Of a stretch of DNA of 64,000 bases, positions 60,124 through 64,000 are shown piece by piece. Position numbers and translations under genes: made by a program. Numbering within the stretch: the stretch's first letter is position 1; each line of letters opens with the position of its first letter. Below the pieces are notes generated by a model, which worked only from the letters and a program-made list of their open reading frames with translations, searched no databases and was not told the DNA's origin. Origin of the DNA: an uncultured virus (IMG/VR IMGVR_UViG_3300042261_001262) (Duplodnaviria > Heunggongvirae > Uroviricota > Caudoviricetes); IMG/VR virus record IMGVR_UViG_3300042261_001262, one strand, 5' to 3'.

Positions 60124-60996
60124 TTATGTATTTCTTGATTGATCTTTAATTAAAGCTACAATGCGATTTGCAGTAGTACTAAAGATTCTGTCCCATTGAG
60201 TCTGCCTGTCTATTTCAATTTGAAATTCTGTTAACTTTTGTTGTAATAAATCTTTGTCATATACATATGGTACACAAATTCCATTAACTTTTGTCATATC
60301 AAAATTTGTAAAAAGTTTTGGAGATTTGAAAGTACAATATATAAATGTTGCCGCTGAACCTAATGAAAATATTTCTTTTTTCATTATATAATTATACAGT
60401 TGCATACCATTTACAAATTGTACCTTCTTTGACCATTTGCCGGGGAATGAGATATAATTTAAATCTAAATTATTGCAACATTGAATAAATTTTTCATGAT
60501 ATTCATTAACAATTTGTGATAATTTTGGTAATTTTTCTTTTTCATTTATTTCTGGGTTTAATACTATATCTTCAATCATATTTTTTAACATATCTTGAGT
60601 AATCTTTGAAGAATCTGATTTTACTACTTGAATACCTGTATACTTTATTTTAGGTTCTTTAAAAATTTTACCTTTCTTTGCCAATATCTTATATGCATAG
60701 TTCTTTTTAACATCCAAGAACATAATACTTTCCATGAGCATTTCCGATTTAAAAAATGTCATATTACTATCTGGAGATATATTTGATTTCGGCAAAAAGT
60801 ATTCTCTAAGATATTTAATAATAGCATTATTAATTTCTTCTGATGCATTATCTGATATTTTTAATTTCTCTTCAGTAGATAGTTTATCAGCATCTTTAGC
60901 TGGAACCACTACGAAGAGAGAATCAGTGTCCCCATATAAGATTCTTTTTAAATATCCTGGTTCTTCTACTTTATCGTAGAAGTCTTTTGGAAGCAT
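60124..60996 (-). CDS. family B DNA polymerase, C-terminal subunit (split PolB)
   Basis: YGDTDS at residue 21, KKNYA, KYTGIQ.VKSD; own SD GGAGG; lacks exonuclease and motifs A/B. Confidence 0.85.
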   Translation of the reverse strand: MLPKDFYDKVEEPGYLKRILYGDTDSLFVVVPAKDADKLSTEEKLKISDNASEEINNAIIKYLREYFLPKSNISPDSNMTFFKSEMLMESIMFLDVKKNYAYKILAKKGKIFKEPKIKYTGIQVVKSDSSKITQDMLKNMIEDIVLNPEINEKEKLPKLSQIVNEYHEKFIQCCNNLDLNYISFPGKWSKKVQFVNGMQLYNYIMKKEIFSLGSAATFIYCTFKSPKLFTNFDMTKVNGICVPYVYDKDLLQQKLTEFQIEIDRQTQWDRIFSTTANRIVALIKDQSRNT

Positions 60997-61004
60997 ATAA
61001 CCTC

Positions 61005-61442
61005 CTAATGAATTTGACTAAATGATATATTCCTAAGATTTTGAATATCACAATCCATTACTTTACCATATATTGTAGTTTTGATTGTTAGTTTAATATC
61101 ATCACCATGAAATGCAACGATTCTGGACTTTTTGTGATCAAGTCTATATGCCGCAAGAAATCTTCCGAAAGCCCTATTGAATTTATCAGTTTCAGGAAGA
61201 CAAAATGCAAATCCCATACAAATACCTGCTCCTGATTCATCAAGATAATATGCAACTGTGACATGTGCAAGAGTTTCAATTTGATTTTTATGATCAATTG
61301 TCAACTTCTTAAATTTAATATCTTCCATATTTGTTGGATTGTATTCGATTACATTCCCTCTGTGGATAGTGATTCCACCTTCTGGAAACATTCGCTTAAG
61401 ACAATCCATCTGCATCATTTCTTTGGAAATCTGAACTTTCAT
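61005..61442 (-). CDS. hypothetical protein
   Basis: G.AFC...DKFNR..GR..A..R pattern common in small phage proteins. Confidence 0.7.
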   Translation of the reverse strand: MKVQISKEMMQMDCLKRMFPEGGITIHRGNVIEYNPTNMEDIKFKKLTIDHKNQIETLAHVTVAYYLDESGAGICMGFAFCLPETDKFNRAFGRFLAAYRLDHKKSRIVAFHGDDIKLTIKTTIYGKVMDCDIQNLRNISFSQIH

Positions 61443-61639
61443 ATATTCTCCTTTTCTATTTGATCTGTAACAAACATTGTTGTTTCTGTATTTGAAATAT
61501 GAATTGTGTTTTTATCTCTCCATTCAATTTTAATATCTTCACCAAATATAAGTTTAATACCATATTCAAAATCTTCTTCAGTTATCCAATTATCAAATTC
61601 ATATGGTTCTTTTCCAATAATTGTAATAGATCGTTTCAT
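61439..61639 (-). CDS. hypothetical protein
   Basis: 66 aa, translationally coupled to both neighbours. Confidence 0.6.
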   Translation of the reverse strand: MKRSITIIGKEPYEFDNWITEEDFEYGIKLIFGEDIKIEWRDKNTIHISNTETTMFVTDQIEKENI

Positions 61640-63006
61640 TTTAATTCTCCCTCAATTATATCTAACCCAGTTTTAGAATCAATGATTCTACAATCAAATT
61701 CATTTTTTACAATTTGTTTCTTTGATTTAACATCTGGTATAAACATACTTGGAAAAGCTAAATCAATAAGATCATCTACGACTGGTGCTAATTTATCATC
61801 ATGCTTTCTTAAAACACGACCGATTACTTGTATAAGTGATTTTCTGCCAGCAAGATTTGTTGCAAGAATTAATGAACTCAATTGTGCAAAATCAAAACCT
61901 TTACCAGCAAATGAATATGTTACAACTAACACTTTGACATTATCTTTATCGACATCTTCTTTTTCATCTCCATAATATCTTCTATTTTCAATTCCTATTG
62001 ATTCTAATTTTTCTGAAATCATTTTAACTTGTTGTTTTGTAAAACATAATATCATTACTGTATGACCTTCTTGAAGACGCAATTTAACTCTGTCTAAAAT
62101 AAGATCAAAATATACATTACTTTTTATAATTATAGAATTGTAAAAAGCTTTACGTTTGATATAATCTTGAAATCTAGATAAAACACCTGAGTATTTATGA
62201 GTTAACCCGCTATCATAATAATTTAATACGTAAGTAGGTTTTAACTCATAATTTTTAGTTTCATACATAATTTCACCAATAGTATTTTTCATAAGGACTT
62301 CTGCAACACCAGTTTGAAAGGGTGTAGCCGAAAGACCAATAATGTTTAGGGTTCTGAAAAATAATGAAACCTTGGCGAATTTTGGAGCTGAACTAGTATT
62401 ATGAACTTCATCATAAACAACCAATCCAAATCTAGCTTTATCTATAATTTCGAAATTTTTCGACATATCATTTTTTAATTTAGATAATAAAGTTTGTACT
62501 AAAGCAATGGTAACTGGAGTATCAGTTGAAAAGAATTTTTGTTTTATTATACCGATTTCGTTTTCTCTTAAATCGGTAAAATCTTTAAATGCAACAATCC
62601 ATTGCCTGAGTAGACTATCATTATCTACTATGACACAAGTTTTAATTCCTAATTTTGCCGCTATATAAACGGTTAATACTGTCTTACCCAGAGCTGGACG
62701 AGCTTTGATTATACCATTAACATGTCCATTTTTTTGATATTCATTCAATACAGTATTAACTATATCGACTTGTTCATTTCTTAATTTACCTACAAATTTA
62801 TAAAATGTAGGTTCTGGTTTTACAATGCTTACAAGATTTTGTAATCCGTCTGGATAATTTTGATGAAATAATCTAGGGAGAAATATTTTTTCTCCCTGTT
62901 GATATAGACAAAAATCGTGAAAACTTTCAGCTACAAATGGATACTTATACAAATATTGTTCTAGATTATTTTTCTGAATATATGTCCACAATATTGTTAC
63001 CTCCAA
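61636..63006 (-). CDS. superfamily 2 DExH helicase (UvsW/ResIII-like)
   Basis: LR.EQ, ARPALGKT, DEVH, GLSATP, QVIGRVLR. Confidence 0.9.
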   Translation of the reverse strand: MEVTILWTYIQKNNLEQYLYKYPFVAESFHDFCLYQQGEKIFLPRLFHQNYPDGLQNLVSIVKPEPTFYKFVGKLRNEQVDIVNTVLNEYQKNGHVNGIIKARPALGKTVLTVYIAAKLGIKTCVIVDNDSLLRQWIVAFKDFTDLRENEIGIIKQKFFSTDTPVTIALVQTLLSKLKNDMSKNFEIIDKARFGLVVYDEVHNTSSAPKFAKVSLFFRTLNIIGLSATPFQTGVAEVLMKNTIGEIMYETKNYELKPTYVLNYYDSGLTHKYSGVLSRFQDYIKRKAFYNSIIIKSNVYFDLILDRVKLRLQEGHTVMILCFTKQQVKMISEKLESIGIENRRYYGDEKEDVDKDNVKVLVVTYSFAGKGFDFAQLSSLILATNLAGRKSLIQVIGRVLRKHDDKLAPVVDDLIDLAFPSMFIPDVKSKKQIVKNEFDCRIIDSKTGLDIIEGELK

Positions 63007-63424
63007 AATGTGTTTTTATTATAGTATTATAGACATGTTTATTATAAAGTGGAAATCTATGTTTGATTCTATCTTGATTTTGGGTATCTAATAATTGGGC
63101 AAGAGCTAATCCTACTGCTGGTGATCTTGATATTCCAGCTTCACAATGTACAATTAGTGCGTCGATATTATTTTTAGCTTTTTTAGCGAATGCAAGAATT
63201 TCTTTCGCATCATCTTCATTAAATAAGTGGTATTTTTCAGGTTCTATATCTTCATCTAAATCATCAAAATTCATTCTTAGATAAAATATTCTTTTTGGAT
63301 CATCCTCTAATTTAATTTGTTCGTCTGGATTTCCTAAAATAGAAATCATTGCATATGGTGCATCACCTATAAGTCTAGAATGAAACATTTGTGCTCCAAT
63401 TTTGCTGAGAACGTATATATTCAT
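62966..63424 (-). CDS. dual-specificity/tyrosine protein phosphatase
   Basis: VHCEAGISRS CX5R loop; FDD. Confidence 0.9.
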   Translation of the reverse strand: MNIYVLSKIGAQMFHSRLIGDAPYAMISILGNPDEQIKLEDDPKRIFYLRMNFDDLDEDIEPEKYHLFNEDDAKEILAFAKKAKNNIDALIVHCEAGISRSPAVGLALAQLLDTQNQDRIKHRFPLYNKHVYNTIIKTHFGGNNIVDIYSEK

Positions 63425-63433
63425 ATATTCCTC

Positions 63434-64000
63434 TTATATAGATTTAAGTTGGTTTAATTTTTCTCTTACTTTAGTTGATATATACATTTTTTCTTTTCCA
63501 CTTATTTCAACAATGTAATCAATTTTGTCAACAATTTGATTACATTTATCCCAGTTATCATATTTAACATTGAATTTAACTTTATAATCTTCTGTTATAT
63601 ATTTTTTTCTACCTTCAGAATCTATAAATATTTTTATAATTTGACCATTTACTTCTCTAACATCGAAGAAAGTTAAATCTTTTGTAGATATAGTTTCAGA
63701 TTGTTTAATTTCAAAATTTGAAGTTGTTTTTGAAACTTGTGTTACTTTTTTCATTTGTTTATCTGGAACTTCTGTTTTAACATTAAATAAATCTTGAACA
63801 GATTTAAAATCATTTACAAATTTATTCATTTGTCCATAATTAACTGCACTGGATGGGTGAATTAATGGAATAATTGTCATTTCGTTATTCTTAAATACTT
63901 TACCAGATATAGATGTGATACTATCTGTAAATTGAAATGTAGAAGCCGCTTTTGCTCCTAATGGAACAAAAATTCTTGAAGGAAATTTTTCATATATCAT
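63434..64000 (-). CDS. uracil-DNA glycosylase family protein, C-terminal part (5'-truncated)
   Basis: P..FVPLG..A...IIPLIHPS motif of family 4/5 UDG. Confidence 0.6.
   Translation of the reverse strand: MIYEKFPSRIFVPLGAKAASTFQFTDSITSISGKVFKNNEMTIIPLIHPSSAVNYGQMNKFVNDFKSVQDLFNVKTEVPDKQMKKVTQVSKTTSNFEIKQSETISTKDLTFFDVREVNGQIIKIFIDSEGRKKYITEDYKVKFNVKYDNWDKCNQIVDKIDYIVEISGKEKMYISTKVREKLNQLKSI

Overview
AT-rich segment of a large (jumbo-type) myovirus genome with a bacterial host (SD sites, sigma-70-like gene, CCA-encoded tRNAs). 1-46.3 kb (+ strand) is the virion module: probable head-internal proteins, baseplate, terminase, tape measure, DnaB-like helicase, portal, prohead protease, major capsid, sheath and tube. 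The helicase, portal, capsid and sheath genes are each split by a group I intron whose splice sites can be read from the sequence. 46.4-64 kb (- strand) holds accessory and replication genes: ADP-heptose pathway, tRNA-Leu, tRNA-Pro, HNH, a structured ncRNA candidate, methyltransferases, sigma factor, a split PolB piece and an SF2 helicase. The standout is a hairpin-bounded module at 58.3-59.46 kb: a solitary Cas7/RAMP-like gene directly downstream of a non-coding 430-nt array of exactly 68 pentamers (NNN-GY in gene sense) punctuated by 15 AAAGGU-type hexamers. It is a candidate RNA-guided system that is not a CRISPR array. All calls come from reading motifs by eye; no database searches were run.
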